Made by a program: the position numbers and the translations under genes. 61,446 nucleotides of DNA, from assembly GCA_040754215.1 (NCBI GenBank), contig JBFMDE010000002.1:1-61446 (forward strand), written 5' to 3'. Numbering within the stretch: position 1 is the first letter of the stretch; each line of letters begins with the position of its first letter. Under the pieces are notes generated by a model. That model made no database searches. It saw only the letters and a list, made by a program, of their open reading frames with translations, and was not told where the DNA came from. The DNA is from Chloroflexota bacterium (GTDB lineage Bacteria > Chloroflexota > Dehalococcoidia > JACPPY01). This document shows positions 27,101 to 37,097 of the stretch, one piece after another.

Positions 27101-27796
27101 TCAGGCAGGCGGTTTGGCAAAGCGGTAGCCGATGCCTCTCTCAGTAAGTATATGGATGGGATTGCTCGGGTCCTTCTCTATCTTCTGGCGCAGGCGGCGG
27201 ATGTATACTTTCAGCGAAATGAGGTCTGCACTGCTCTCATGGCCCCACACCTTTGTTACTAGGGTGTTGTGTGGCAACACCCTACCGGCGTTGCGTACCA
27301 GGTGGAACAGCATGTTGTATTCAATTGGCGTGAGCTTGACCGGTTTCCCACCTACGGCGACCTCGCGCGTGGTGAAGTTCATTGAGAGGTCGCCGCTGAT
27401 GAAGGAGGGGTATGCTGCTGGTGGTGGTGGCATCTCCGCGCGTCTCAGTATGGCTCGAATCCGTGCCATGAGTTCCAGTGAGCCGAAGGGCTTGGTGATG
27501 TAGTCGTCTGCGCCCATCTCCAGCGCCTTGACCTTGTCCATCTCCTCACTCTTGACCGTCAACATGAGTACCGGCACGTCCGATACCTCGCGAATCCGGC
27601 GCAGCACCTCATAACCGTCCATCTGTGGCATTGAGATGTCCAGAACCACGACATCCGGCGTCTCCCGATTGAAGATGGCGAGCCCTGTCTCGCCGTCTAG
27701 CGCCGTGAGCACCTCCCAGTTCTGCCATTGCAGGTTGAAGGCCAGTGCCAGCGCTTCTACTACATCGGGTTCGTCGTCAATGATGAGTACTTTCAT
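27101..27796 (-). CDS. OmpR-family response regulator
   Basis: 231 aa. Receiver domain (MKVLIIDDEPD, phospho-acceptor-like VVLDISMP) plus a winged-helix output domain (GIGYRF). Confidence 0.9.
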   Translation of the reverse strand: MKVLIIDDEPDVVEALALAFNLQWQNWEVLTALDGETGLAIFNRETPDVVVLDISMPQMDGYEVLRRIREVSDVPVLMLTVKSEEMDKVKALEMGADDYITKPFGSLELMARIRAILRRAEMPPPPAAYPSFISGDLSMNFTTREVAVGGKPVKLTPIEYNMLFHLVRNAGRVLPHNTLVTKVWGHESSADLISLKVYIRRLRQKIEKDPSNPIHILTERGIGYRFAKPPA

Positions 27797-30166
27797 CTAC
27801 GTCTCCTTAGCTAGAGGAATGGTAAAAGTGAACTCGCTGCCATGTCCGGGCTTGCTCTTGACCGATATCGCTCCGCCGTGCAACTCCACCAGCGCTTTAG
27901 CTATGGAAAGCCCCAGGCCCATCCCGCCTTTGGTCCTCCCCCTGGAGGACCTGTAAAAGCGGTCGAAGATGCGCCCTAGTTCCTCTTCTGGTATTCCGAT
28001 ACCGGTGTCCACAACACTCACCTGCACCAGACTGCCATTGGACGCTGCCGCCACTCTTATCGAGCCACTGTTCGGGGTGAAGTTGACGGCGTTGGTGAGG
28101 AGGTTTATGAGCACCTGCACCAGGCGCCCGCGGTCGGCCCGGACGAAGAGGACATCGGCGGGTATCGACGTGCTGACAGTAAGCTGTTTGGCCTCGGCCA
28201 GCGGGCGCACGGTCTCAATGCTCTCCCGTATTGCCTCCTGAAGGAGTATCGGCTCAAGGCTCAGCTTCATGGCCCCTGTCTGCAGTTGGGATATGTCGAG
28301 CAGGTCGCCAACCAGCTTGTTGAGGCGCTCGGAGTTGCGACGGATGTTCTGTAGCAGCTTCGCCCTCGCTCCGTCTCCTCCGGTATCGGCGGTGAGAAGC
28401 GAGTCCGTTGATATCATGATCGAGGTCAGAGGGGTCCGCAGTTCATGGGAGATGTTAGAGAGGAACTCTGTCTTCACCCTGTCCATCTCGCGGAGGCTTT
28501 CCGCTTGCCTCGCTTCCTCGACCAGACGGTGGTGCTCGAGCATGGTGGCGGCGATGGCAGCGAAGGAGGAGATGAACTGGGCCTCATCCGCAGAGAATGC
28601 CGATGGTTGCTGATAGCTGCTGAGCACCAGGCTACCCAGTGTGGTCCCCTTGAGCTCCAGCGGGACACCTATCATGCTCAACGGGTTCTTGCCTCCCCTT
28701 GCCTCCAGCAGGGATAGCCTGTTTGCCTCGTTCAGGGTCTTGAGCATCGTGATGGCCTCGTCCTCGGTGTTGCAGATGATAGGCCTTCCTGTGGTGAAGA
28801 CCATCCCTGCCAGGCCTTCGTTAGAGGCCAGCCTCACGTATGACAGCATCTCCCAGTCATATCCGATGGCAGACTTTGGCACCAGATGGCCAGAGTCCGG
28901 CTCGCGCAGGAACAGCACCCCGCTGTCAGCCTTCTCCAGTGTGTCCACGGCGGTAGCCACGACGCTGTTGAGCAGTTCCGTCAGGCCCAGCGTCGAGGTG
29001 AGGCTCTGCGAGGCCCGTACCAATGCTGCCAACTCGTGAGTTCTCTGACTGACCCTCCCTTGCAACTCCTGCCGCGACTGCTGGAGCTTCAGCCGCATCT
29101 CATCAAGGCTCTGGCTGAGGGCGCCTATCTCGCCATAGCCGGTCTGCGGGATGCCAGTCTCGAGGTCGCCGCGGGCAATCCTGCGAGAGGAGGCCTCGAG
29201 CGTCTGGAGTGGCTTGAGGATGCTCCTCAGGCCTACCCAGGAGAGAGGGACAGCGGTGACGAGCACGAGAAGGCCTGCCAGCAGCATTCTGGATTGGAGC
29301 TCCCGGAGCGGGGCTGTGGCCTCTTCCTCGGACTGGGCTATCATGATGCCCCAGCGTGCTGCGGAAAGTGGTGCGAAGGCCAACAACTCCTCGGTCCTGG
29401 CAGTTTCGCCTGCTCCCGAGACATGGCAGTCGTGGCACATGCCTTTCGTGGTCTGTCCTTGGGCGATGAGCACTGCGAAGCGTCCGCTGTGTGCACCTTT
29501 GGTGAACAGAGGTACGTCCTTCTTGGTGGCGGCCAGGATGACTCCGTTGCTGTCTACGACCTGCGCGTAGCCTGTCTCACCGAGGCGCAGGGGCTCGACG
29601 AACTCGGCTATATTGGTGGTACCCAGGTCAATCGTTGCCACGGCGAGTGCCTGGACAACTCCCTGCGCGTCTTTCATCGGGGCGCCTAAGTAGACTACGT
29701 AGCGGTCATAACCTACATCGCGCAGGACATCGCTCACAAATGGTTTCCCCGTCCTCAATGTGTAACCCAGTGACTCGATGGCAGACAGGTCTCTCCCCAC
29801 CAGGTCTGGAGAATATGGGCTCGTCCACAGTATTTTCCCGTAGACGCTGACCAGTGAGACATATGCTGGCGCGATAGCCAATGTGCGGTAGATGGAGTCA
29901 ATCAGACCCTTTCCAGCATCGGAGGGTTCTTCTGAAGGCGTGATGATAGGGCTCGGGGCAACCTGACCGAGCTGGAGCAGGGACTGGTTAATGGCGTCGT
30001 CCAGGTGTTCTCCTGCTAGCTGGCTCAGGATGACGCGCTCCTCCAGCATTCTCTCGGAATTCTGCCTTACCGTGGCTGTTGCCAGGAGGCTGAAGACACT
30101 TGCTAGGACGACGATGCCCACTGTGATGGCAAGGAAAAGCCTGAACTGGAGCGATGGTCTTCTCAT
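27797..30166 (-). CDS. Sensor histidine kinase (periplasmic sensor, HAMP, GAF, HisKA, HATPase)
   Basis: 789 aa with two TM segments flanking an extracytoplasmic domain. H-box SHELRTPLTSI, and N/G boxes NLLTNAVNF and GMGLGLSIAK. Abuts the response regulator start codon. Confidence 0.9.
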   Translation of the reverse strand: MRRPSLQFRLFLAITVGIVVLASVFSLLATATVRQNSERMLEERVILSQLAGEHLDDAINQSLLQLGQVAPSPIITPSEEPSDAGKGLIDSIYRTLAIAPAYVSLVSVYGKILWTSPYSPDLVGRDLSAIESLGYTLRTGKPFVSDVLRDVGYDRYVVYLGAPMKDAQGVVQALAVATIDLGTTNIAEFVEPLRLGETGYAQVVDSNGVILAATKKDVPLFTKGAHSGRFAVLIAQGQTTKGMCHDCHVSGAGETARTEELLAFAPLSAARWGIMIAQSEEEATAPLRELQSRMLLAGLLVLVTAVPLSWVGLRSILKPLQTLEASSRRIARGDLETGIPQTGYGEIGALSQSLDEMRLKLQQSRQELQGRVSQRTHELAALVRASQSLTSTLGLTELLNSVVATAVDTLEKADSGVLFLREPDSGHLVPKSAIGYDWEMLSYVRLASNEGLAGMVFTTGRPIICNTEDEAITMLKTLNEANRLSLLEARGGKNPLSMIGVPLELKGTTLGSLVLSSYQQPSAFSADEAQFISSFAAIAATMLEHHRLVEEARQAESLREMDRVKTEFLSNISHELRTPLTSIMISTDSLLTADTGGDGARAKLLQNIRRNSERLNKLVGDLLDISQLQTGAMKLSLEPILLQEAIRESIETVRPLAEAKQLTVSTSIPADVLFVRADRGRLVQVLINLLTNAVNFTPNSGSIRVAAASNGSLVQVSVVDTGIGIPEEELGRIFDRFYRSSRGRTKGGMGLGLSIAKALVELHGGAISVKSKPGHGSEFTFTIPLAKET

Positions 30167-30191
30167 ACACCGCCGACCTGAAGCGGATTGG

Positions 30192-30220
30192 AGTATAGCA
30201 CTGAGGAAGGAAAGTTACAA
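30192..30220 (-). promoter_or_regulatory. Candidate sigma70 promoter for the kinase/regulator operon
   Basis: Minus strand: TTGTAA (30220-30215), 17 nt spacer, TATACT (30197-30192), about 25 nt upstream of the kinase ATG. Confidence 0.4.
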
Positions 30221-30295
30221 ATGTGGTAAAAAGTGTAACCGACCTGCTGAAGGTCAGGGTAGTGCTCTATATCTCTATATGGGCGGTGTGGTTAA

Positions 30296-31339
30296 CTAGG
30301 GATATAGGGCGTGTGCTTCGAGGGAGGTGGTCTCGGGGAACCCTAGCATGAGGTTCATGTTCTGCACTGCCTGTCCTGCTCCGCCCTTCACCAGGTTGTC
30401 CAGGCAACTGACCACCATGAGCGTGCCCGTTCGCACGTCTATGGTCGGGTAGATGAGACAGAGGTTGGTGCCCAGAGTGTATTTTGTCTGCGGTGGGTAG
30501 TCCACGACCTTCGTGAAGGGGGCTTCTCTGTAGAAGTCCTTGTAGAGTGTCCTTACCTCCTGCTCTGCTTTGCCGGACGAAGGCAAGGCGCCTTCCTTCA
30601 ACCTGCCGTAGCATGAGCTCAGCAACCCCCGGGTCATGGGTATCAGGTGTGGCAGGAAAGTCACGGATATCCTGTCGCCTTTGCCAATAGCATTCAGTTC
30701 CTGCACCATCTCCGGGAGGTGTCGGTGCCCTTTGACAGAATAGGCTGAGACGTTTTCATTGGCTTCAGAGAAGTGCGTGGTAAGGCTTGGCGTCCTCCCT
30801 GCGCCAGATATCCCGGACTTGCTGTCAATGATGATATTGCCCTCGATGATGTGGCTCTTGACCGCCGGTGCTAAGGCCAGAATAGCAGAGGTGGCGTAGC
30901 AACCAGGGTTGGCGACCAGGCGTGCCCGTGGGATCAAAGTCCCGTGGAGCTCTGGAAGTCCGCATATCGCTTCGGTGAGCAATTCCGGCGCTGGGTGGGT
31001 GAACTCGTACCAGAGGGAGTATTCGGATGCGTCCTTGAGACGGAAGTCGGCGCTGGTATCCACGACCTTGATGCCACGGTCGAGCAGCGGCTTGACCGCC
31101 TCTGCACTTGCCTTGTGTGGGAGGGCGGAGAAGGCCAGGTCCACCTCTCCGAGGTCTGCCTCTATCTTTAGTGTCAAAGCAGAAAGGTGAGGGAACACCT
31201 CGCTCACCCTCTTCCCAACTGCGCCGCGTCCGGTGACTGACGTGATCTCCACCAGCGGATGTTGTAGCAGTATGCGGGCCAGCTCGGAGCCGACGTAGCC
31301 GGTCACATTGACAATGCCGACCTTTATTCGTGCCATCAT
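30296..31339 (-). CDS. argC: N-acetyl-gamma-glutamyl-phosphate reductase
   Basis: 347 aa. N-terminal VGIVNVTGYVGSEL and the active-site NPGCYATS motif. Confidence 0.9.
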   Translation of the reverse strand: MMARIKVGIVNVTGYVGSELARILLQHPLVEITSVTGRGAVGKRVSEVFPHLSALTLKIEADLGEVDLAFSALPHKASAEAVKPLLDRGIKVVDTSADFRLKDASEYSLWYEFTHPAPELLTEAICGLPELHGTLIPRARLVANPGCYATSAILALAPAVKSHIIEGNIIIDSKSGISGAGRTPSLTTHFSEANENVSAYSVKGHRHLPEMVQELNAIGKGDRISVTFLPHLIPMTRGLLSSCYGRLKEGALPSSGKAEQEVRTLYKDFYREAPFTKVVDYPPQTKYTLGTNLCLIYPTIDVRTGTLMVVSCLDNLVKGGAGQAVQNMNLMLGFPETTSLEAHALYP

Positions 31340-31375
31340 GGCCCTTTCCCTTCGTGTGCAGGTTGCGGTGAGATG

Positions 31376-31404
31376 TTGATAAACGCGGTCGCATTATATA
31401 CAAT
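31376..31404 (+). promoter_or_regulatory. Candidate sigma70 promoter for speH-speE
   Basis: TTGATA (31376-31381), 17 nt spacer, TACAAT (31399-31404), about 115 nt upstream of the speH start. Confidence 0.45.
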
Positions 31405-31518
31405 TTGCGCTGCGGTTTTAAAGGCCGCCTGGCGGTGTGGGTTCAGGAGGTGATGGTCGTACAGTGGGCCTTGTCCAGGGAAAGGGGTAAGGCTAGTCTC
31501 GCTAAGGAGGGAAGGTGA

Positions 31519-31875
31519 TTGAATGCGCTAGGATATCATGTGCTTCTGGAACTGAAGGGCTGTAACAAGGAGACCCTGAATGACCTGCAGAAGTTGGAGG
31601 CCATACTGGTAGGGGCAGCAAAAGAGGCGGGAACGGCCGTGGTGGAGAAGGCATTCCATCAGTTCAATCCTCATGGCGTCAGTGGTGTGGTCATAATCGC
31701 TGAGTCGCACCTGTTCATCCACACCTGGCCTGAGCATGGCTATGCCGCGGTGGATATCTTCACCTGTGGTGACTCCATCAGGGCTGATAGGGCGGTCGAA
31801 AGGCTGGCAAGGGAACTGGAATCGCCTAACTTCTCCATGATAGAGCTGAGGAGAGGAGTGCTGCCCGGAATCTGA
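31519..31875 (+). CDS. speH: S-adenosylmethionine decarboxylase proenzyme (pyruvoyl type, class 1)
   Basis: 118 aa. Self-cleavage/active-site motif AESHLFIHTWPEHGYAAVDIFTCG. TTG start follows AAGGAGGGAAGG. Confidence 0.85.
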   Translation: MNALGYHVLLELKGCNKETLNDLQKLEAILVGAAKEAGTAVVEKAFHQFNPHGVSGVVIIAESHLFIHTWPEHGYAAVDIFTCGDSIRADRAVERLARELESPNFSMIELRRGVLPGI

Positions 31876-31916
31876 TAAGGATGCCTCGTAAGGAGAAATG
31901 AAGCACCGCCGAGCTC

Positions 31917-32855
31917 ATGAGTATAGAATCAGGCGACCCAGACAATCCAGACAAAGCCAACTGGTTCAGAGACGCGCTCAGTCCCGACCTGGTGCAGTTT
32001 CACCGCGTCAGGGGCAGGCTGTATTCTGGCCGGACCAGATTTCAGTCCGTTGACGTCATTGAGACCGGCGGCTTTGGCCGGTGTCTTGTCCTCGATGGAC
32101 GGGTCCAGTCCACTGAGGGGGACGAGTTCATCTACCACGAGGCGCTGGTGCAGCCCGCGATGCTTGTGCACCCGGGACCTCGGTCTGTGCTCATCGCCGG
32201 TGGTGGTGAAGGAGCAACCCTGCGCCAGGTGCTTTTGCATTCGACAGTGACCAGGGCGGTCATGGTTGACATTGATGAGGAAGTGATCAGGGTCTCTCGT
32301 GAGTATCTCCCTAGTCTTCATGGTGGCTCATTCGATGACCCGCGGGCTGAACTGGTGATGGGCGATGCCAGGAAGTACATAGAGACAGGCAGGCGGAAGT
32401 TCGACGTGATTGTCCTTGACCTGCCGGAAGCGCTGGAGCAGGGGCCGGCTCGTCTTCTCTACACTCACGAGTTCTACAGCGTAGTGCAGAAGAGGCTGGA
32501 ACCCGGTGGCATCCTAGCATTGCAGGCGGACAATGCTTCGTGGGGTTGTCTCAATGGTTTCCCGGCTATCATCAATACTCTGAAAAGCGTATTTCCTGTT
32601 GTCCGCCCTTATCAGGCACACATACCTTCCTTCGGGGGCTCATGGGGTTTTGCCACTGCGTCTCAGGGCCTCGACCCATTGACTCTGTCCGCGGAGCGGG
32701 TTGACCGAGTTATCGCCGAGAGGAGAGTCAATGGCCTGAGGTTCTACGACGGGCTCACACACGTTCACCTCTTCTCACTGCCCAAACACCTGCGCAACCG
32801 CCTTGACCAGGAGCAGCGGGCCATCTCCGATGCTGCCCCTCTGTCTGTAGCGTAG
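31917..32855 (+). CDS. speE: Spermidine synthase (aminopropyltransferase)
   Basis: 312 aa. LVLDG..Q..E.DEFIYHE and GGGEGATLRQVL motifs. Adjacent to speH. Confidence 0.9.
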   Translation: MSIESGDPDNPDKANWFRDALSPDLVQFHRVRGRLYSGRTRFQSVDVIETGGFGRCLVLDGRVQSTEGDEFIYHEALVQPAMLVHPGPRSVLIAGGGEGATLRQVLLHSTVTRAVMVDIDEEVIRVSREYLPSLHGGSFDDPRAELVMGDARKYIETGRRKFDVIVLDLPEALEQGPARLLYTHEFYSVVQKRLEPGGILALQADNASWGCLNGFPAIINTLKSVFPVVRPYQAHIPSFGGSWGFATASQGLDPLTLSAERVDRVIAERRVNGLRFYDGLTHVHLFSLPKHLRNRLDQEQRAISDAAPLSVA

Positions 32856-32897
32856 TAGCCGCTCCACTGCCTGTCTTCGCCCCACCATACCCGCTGG

Positions 32898-32906
32898 TGC
32901 TATAAT
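32898..32906 (+). promoter_or_regulatory. Extended -10 promoter element upstream of pcrA
   Basis: TGcTATAAT (32898-32906) ends 13 nt before the pcrA ATG. No Shine-Dalgarno lies between them, so the leader may be very short or absent. Confidence 0.35.
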
Positions 32907-32919
32907 CTTCTACACTCGC

Positions 32920-35082
32920 ATGGATATTCTGTCAGGCCTCAATGTTGCCCAGAGAGAGGCCGTGGAGGCTATAGAGGGTCCTCTCCTGATCCTGGCAGGC
33001 CCCGGCAGTGGCAAGACCAGGGTCATCACACACCGCGTTGCCTATCTGGTAAAGGTCTGTGGCATTAAGCCGTACCGCATCATGGCTGTCACCTTCACCA
33101 ATAAGGCAGCCAGGGAGATGTCGGAGCGACTGGAGCAACTGCTGGGCGGCTCGGCGGGTGAGTTGACCCTGGGCACCTTCCATGCTATTTGCGCCCGCAT
33201 CCTGCGCCAACGGGGGCACGAGGTCGGTGTTGACCCACACTTCGTCATCTACGACGACGAGGATCAATTGAACTTGATGAAGCAGGCTGTGCTGGATGTG
33301 GGATTAGACCCGAGGCGGTACTCCCCACGCGTCTTCCTTGCTGCTGCTTCTGCCGCCAAGAGCCAGTTGACCACTGCCGCGCAATACGGGGAGCGGGCGC
33401 ACAGCTATTTCGAGAAGCTGGTGCATCAGGCCTACGGAAGGTATGAACAGCTTCTCAGCTACAGTAAGGCCCTGGATTTCGATGACCTGCTGGTAAAGAC
33501 GGTACAACTGTTCAATGAACGCCCTGAGACCCTCGCAAAGTACCAGTCCCGGTATATGCATCTGCTGGTGGACGAGTTTCAGGATACCAATGTGGCTCAA
33601 TATGCTTTGACCAAGCAACTGGCCGGGCGGTATCGCAATATCTGTGTGGTCGGGGACCCTGACCAGTCCATATACACCTGGAGACAGGCTGACATCCGCA
33701 ACATCCTCAGCTTTGAGAACGATTATCCTGATGCCAGGCTGGTGGTGCTTGAGCAGAGCTATCGCTCTACCAAGACCATTCTGGAGGCGGCACATCGGAT
33801 TATCTCGGTCAATGTTCAGCGCAAGCCCAAGAACCTCTGGACCGAAAATGAGGTGGGCGTTCCCATCTCCGTGGTGCAATGTTACGATGAGGACGAGGAG
33901 GCACAGTTCGTCGTCGCTGAGGTAGAGCGGCTGGTGAAAGAGGGGGAGGTTTCCTTGAAGGACTGCGCAGTGATGTACAGGGTGAACGCGCAGTCGCGCC
34001 CGCTGGAAGAAGCCCTCCTTCGCTACGGGGTCCCATACCGACTGGTGGGTGGGACGCGCTTCTACCAGAGGCGAGAGGTCAAGGACATCATAGCCTATAT
34101 GAGATTGGTCTATAATCCCTACGACGGGGTCAGCCTGCGCCGTGTGGTCAATGTTCCTCCCAGGGGCATCGGACCGCGGACTGTAGATGAGCTGTGGCAG
34201 TGGGCCAAGGGGAAGGATATAGCCGTTCTTGACGCGCTCGAGCTCATCGCTGGTAGGAAGGAGGGGGTGCCGTTTGCGGGGCGAAGCTGCCGGACTCTCG
34301 CTGACTTCTACTCCTTTGTGCAGCAACTCGTGGCCGAGGGCAGAGAGCTGAAGGCCAGTGATGTCATCGAGCTGGTGTTGGAACGTACGGGCTACCGAGA
34401 CTACATCCTGGGTGATGAAGAGGGGGAAGAACGCTGGGAGAACATCCTGGAGTTACGCACGGTTGCCCGGCAGCACGACCACCTTGAGAAGCGCGAGAGC
34501 CTTTCTGCCTTCTTGGAGGGCGTGACGCTGGTCTCTGACGTGGACAACTACGATGAGAGGGCCGATGCCGTGACCCTGATCACACTGCACCAGGCGAAGG
34601 GCCTGGAGTTTCCCGTGGTCTTCATCGTTGGAATGGAGGAAAAGGTATTCCCCCATGCCAGGTCCTTTGACGACCCGTCAGAGATGGAGGAGGAGCGGCG
34701 GCTGTGCTATGTGGGGGTGACACGGGCGAAGAAACGGGTATATCTGATACGTGCACTGCGCCGGAGCTTTCTGGGGAGTACCAGTCACAACGAGGAGTCG
34801 CGTTTCCTCAGGGATATCCCGTACGACCTTGTGAGTCGCGTTGATGCCTCTTCCCGATACGGGAGTAGTGGTGTGGCGTGGGCTTCTCAGGCGCGGGACC
34901 TGCCGCTGCCTGCGCAGCTCGACATCGGGCCGGGGAGCCGTGTACGTCATGCCAGGTTTGGATACGGGGTTGTACTAGGGCTGTCGCCTGCGGGTACGGA
35001 CCATGAGGTGACTGTGGCCTTCGCTGACGTAGGTCCGAGGAGGCTGCTTTTGAGCTATGCGCGACTGGAGAAGGTGGAGTAG
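32920..35082 (+). CDS. pcrA: ATP-dependent DNA helicase PcrA/UvrD (SF1)
   Basis: 720 aa. Walker A AGPGSGKT, DEFQDT, VGDPDQSIY, and YRS and VTRAK motifs in SF1 order. Confidence 0.9.
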   Translation: MDILSGLNVAQREAVEAIEGPLLILAGPGSGKTRVITHRVAYLVKVCGIKPYRIMAVTFTNKAAREMSERLEQLLGGSAGELTLGTFHAICARILRQRGHEVGVDPHFVIYDDEDQLNLMKQAVLDVGLDPRRYSPRVFLAAASAAKSQLTTAAQYGERAHSYFEKLVHQAYGRYEQLLSYSKALDFDDLLVKTVQLFNERPETLAKYQSRYMHLLVDEFQDTNVAQYALTKQLAGRYRNICVVGDPDQSIYTWRQADIRNILSFENDYPDARLVVLEQSYRSTKTILEAAHRIISVNVQRKPKNLWTENEVGVPISVVQCYDEDEEAQFVVAEVERLVKEGEVSLKDCAVMYRVNAQSRPLEEALLRYGVPYRLVGGTRFYQRREVKDIIAYMRLVYNPYDGVSLRRVVNVPPRGIGPRTVDELWQWAKGKDIAVLDALELIAGRKEGVPFAGRSCRTLADFYSFVQQLVAEGRELKASDVIELVLERTGYRDYILGDEEGEERWENILELRTVARQHDHLEKRESLSAFLEGVTLVSDVDNYDERADAVTLITLHQAKGLEFPVVFIVGMEEKVFPHARSFDDPSEMEEERRLCYVGVTRAKKRVYLIRALRRSFLGSTSHNEESRFLRDIPYDLVSRVDASSRYGSSGVAWASQARDLPLPAQLDIGPGSRVRHARFGYGVVLGLSPAGTDHEVTVAFADVGPRRLLLSYARLEKVE

Positions 35083-35327
35083 GTGGTGGAGCTGTCCGGT
35101 AGTGGCGGCCGGCATCGTCTGTTCTCAGTGTGCCCGGAAGGGCTTCCCAATTTCACCTGGAGCGTATATAATTGTTGTTGGTCGCACACCCCGTTTTTCC
35201 CGCCGACAAGACTGTCTGAATGAGTCAACGGCGATACCGCTTGCAAACCACGAGACTGGGCCCCTCTATATGGCTTTTTTGTCTCCTCTTACGCTTACGT
35301 GAAGCGTGCTCTGGGCTTTGTGTTATG

Positions 35328-35361
35328 AGACGACTGCCGGGAACTGCCAGCAGTCGTTTTT
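35328..35361 (+). terminator. Intrinsic-terminator-like hairpin with T-run
   Basis: ACGACTGC (35330-35337) pairs with GCAGTCGT (35350-35357) around a 12-nt loop, followed by TTTTT. It lies 55 nt upstream of the carboxyltransferase start. Confidence 0.45.
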
Positions 35362-35415
35362 CATATCTCAGGATTCCTATAGAGAGGTCGGGGCACTTCG
35401 CGAGAAGGAGGCGTT

Positions 35416-37035
35416 ATGACGGATAGACCAGCACTCGACCAGTTGTCGAAAGAGAACAGGGAACATTGGGAGAAGGAGGAGGCGGTACTGCTGGCCCATC
35501 GGCAGGAGGCCTATGATATCGGGGGCCAAAAGCAGATAGAAAGGCTTGCCAAGCAGGGTAAAAAGCCCGTCCGCCAGCTCATCGCACAACTGGTAGACCC
35601 GGGAGCCGAATTCTTTGAGCTGGGGCTGGATGCCGGCTACCACATTGGATATGAAGAGCAGCCCCACATACCTGGGGGGGCGGTGGTCACCGGCGTGGGC
35701 AAGATACATGGCAAGGACTGCATGATCATAGCCAATGAGAGCAGGATGACCGCTGGTACGTACTATCCCATCACGCTGAAGAAGCACCTGCGCGCACAGA
35801 CCATAGCCGATGAGTGTGGGTTGACCTGCGTCTACATAGCAGACTCGGGCGGTATCTTTCTCCCCATGCAGGCCCAGTGCTTCGCCGATGAAGGCATGTT
35901 CGGTTCGATGTTCTACAACATGTGCAACATGTCGGCCAAGGGCATGAAGCAGTACACCCTGAGCACAGGCGGCAACACCGCGGGCGGGGCGTACATCGTA
36001 TACCTGGCTTGCGAGTCCATAATGATAGAGAAGCTGGCTTTCGCCTTCCTTGCTGGGCCTCCCATGGTCAAGGCAGCTATCGGTGAAGACGTGAGCATGG
36101 AGGACCTTGGTGGTGCCTATGTCCACACCAAACACTCCGGCGGCTGCGACCACTTCGTGAGGACACAGGAGGAGGGGATAAAGAAACTGAGGGAGTTGAT
36201 CGAGTTCGACCCGCCTCAGAGATGTTACATAGAGCGCAGGGAGCCAAAGGAGCCGAAGGTCCCGCCGGAGAGACTTTACGAGGTCTTGCCCAGGGATACT
36301 TACAGGGGCATCAATGTTCGCGAGGTCATAAGGTGTATCGCTGACGATAGCTACTTCTCGGAGTACAAGAAGGAGTACGCCCCCGGAAGGGGAGAAACGA
36401 TCGTGTGTGGCAAGATGTGGCTGAAGGGTATTCCGGTGGGCGTGGTCGCCTCTAATAGCAACGGGGTGATATTCATCGAGGCGGCAAGGAAGGCGGCGGA
36501 GTGGATGATCCGGTGCGGCACCAGCCATATTCCTCTGCTGTTCATTCAGAACGCGCCGGGTTATATGGTGGGTAAGAACGAAGAGTGGGGTGGGATTGGC
36601 AAGTACGGGTCGGACATGGTGCGGACGTGCAGCACAGTCAAGGTGCCGAAGGTACAGTGGGTCATCGGGCCCGACCACGGGGCAGCAAACTACGGGATGT
36701 GTGGCAGGGGCTACAAGCCCAGGTTCTGTTTCCAGACGATGAGGGCAAGGACCTCTGTGATGTCGGGGCGGACGGCTGCCTTCATCCTGACCAGCATTGA
36801 GCGCAGGAAGGCGCAGGATGCAGGAAAGGAGATGGATGAGGAGGCAGTCAAGAAGTTCGAACAGAAGATGGTGGAGAAATACGAGCACGAAGCACATCCA
36901 TTCTACACCGGAGCGCGCTTGTTCCATGACGGCGTAATCACCTTCCGCGAGTCGCGGGATGCGCTGGCCAGGGCATTTGAACTGGCGTTACGCCAGCCGC
37001 TCGAGGACTCGGTGTTTGGGAACGTGAAGTTCTGA
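35416..37035 (+). CDS. Acyl-CoA carboxyltransferase (MccB / GcdA-like)
   Basis: 539 aa. GTYYPITLKKHLRAQ, VYIADSGG and AGGAY motifs resemble the methylcrotonyl-CoA carboxylase beta family. AGGAGG lies before the ATG. Confidence 0.85.
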   Translation: MTDRPALDQLSKENREHWEKEEAVLLAHRQEAYDIGGQKQIERLAKQGKKPVRQLIAQLVDPGAEFFELGLDAGYHIGYEEQPHIPGGAVVTGVGKIHGKDCMIIANESRMTAGTYYPITLKKHLRAQTIADECGLTCVYIADSGGIFLPMQAQCFADEGMFGSMFYNMCNMSAKGMKQYTLSTGGNTAGGAYIVYLACESIMIEKLAFAFLAGPPMVKAAIGEDVSMEDLGGAYVHTKHSGGCDHFVRTQEEGIKKLRELIEFDPPQRCYIERREPKEPKVPPERLYEVLPRDTYRGINVREVIRCIADDSYFSEYKKEYAPGRGETIVCGKMWLKGIPVGVVASNSNGVIFIEAARKAAEWMIRCGTSHIPLLFIQNAPGYMVGKNEEWGGIGKYGSDMVRTCSTVKVPKVQWVIGPDHGAANYGMCGRGYKPRFCFQTMRARTSVMSGRTAAFILTSIERRKAQDAGKEMDEEAVKKFEQKMVEKYEHEAHPFYTGARLFHDGVITFRESRDALARAFELALRQPLEDSVFGNVKF

Positions 37036-37097
37036 GGACTGCCGCGCCAGCTTGGCGTGTTACGACCGTTAGACAGCGATAAAGGAGGATATGCAAG

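Noticed and set aside
35377-36927. 516-aa minus-strand ORF opposite the MccB-like carboxyltransferase. Similar cases are 33304..34326 (opposite pcrA), 37849..38994 (opposite the lyase-like gene), 56242..57369 (opposite hisD) and 59225..59920 (opposite the MBL gene).
   Set aside because: In each case the opposite strand encodes a protein with clear family motifs and good RBS/operon context. The antisense translations are compositionally biased and lack motifs.
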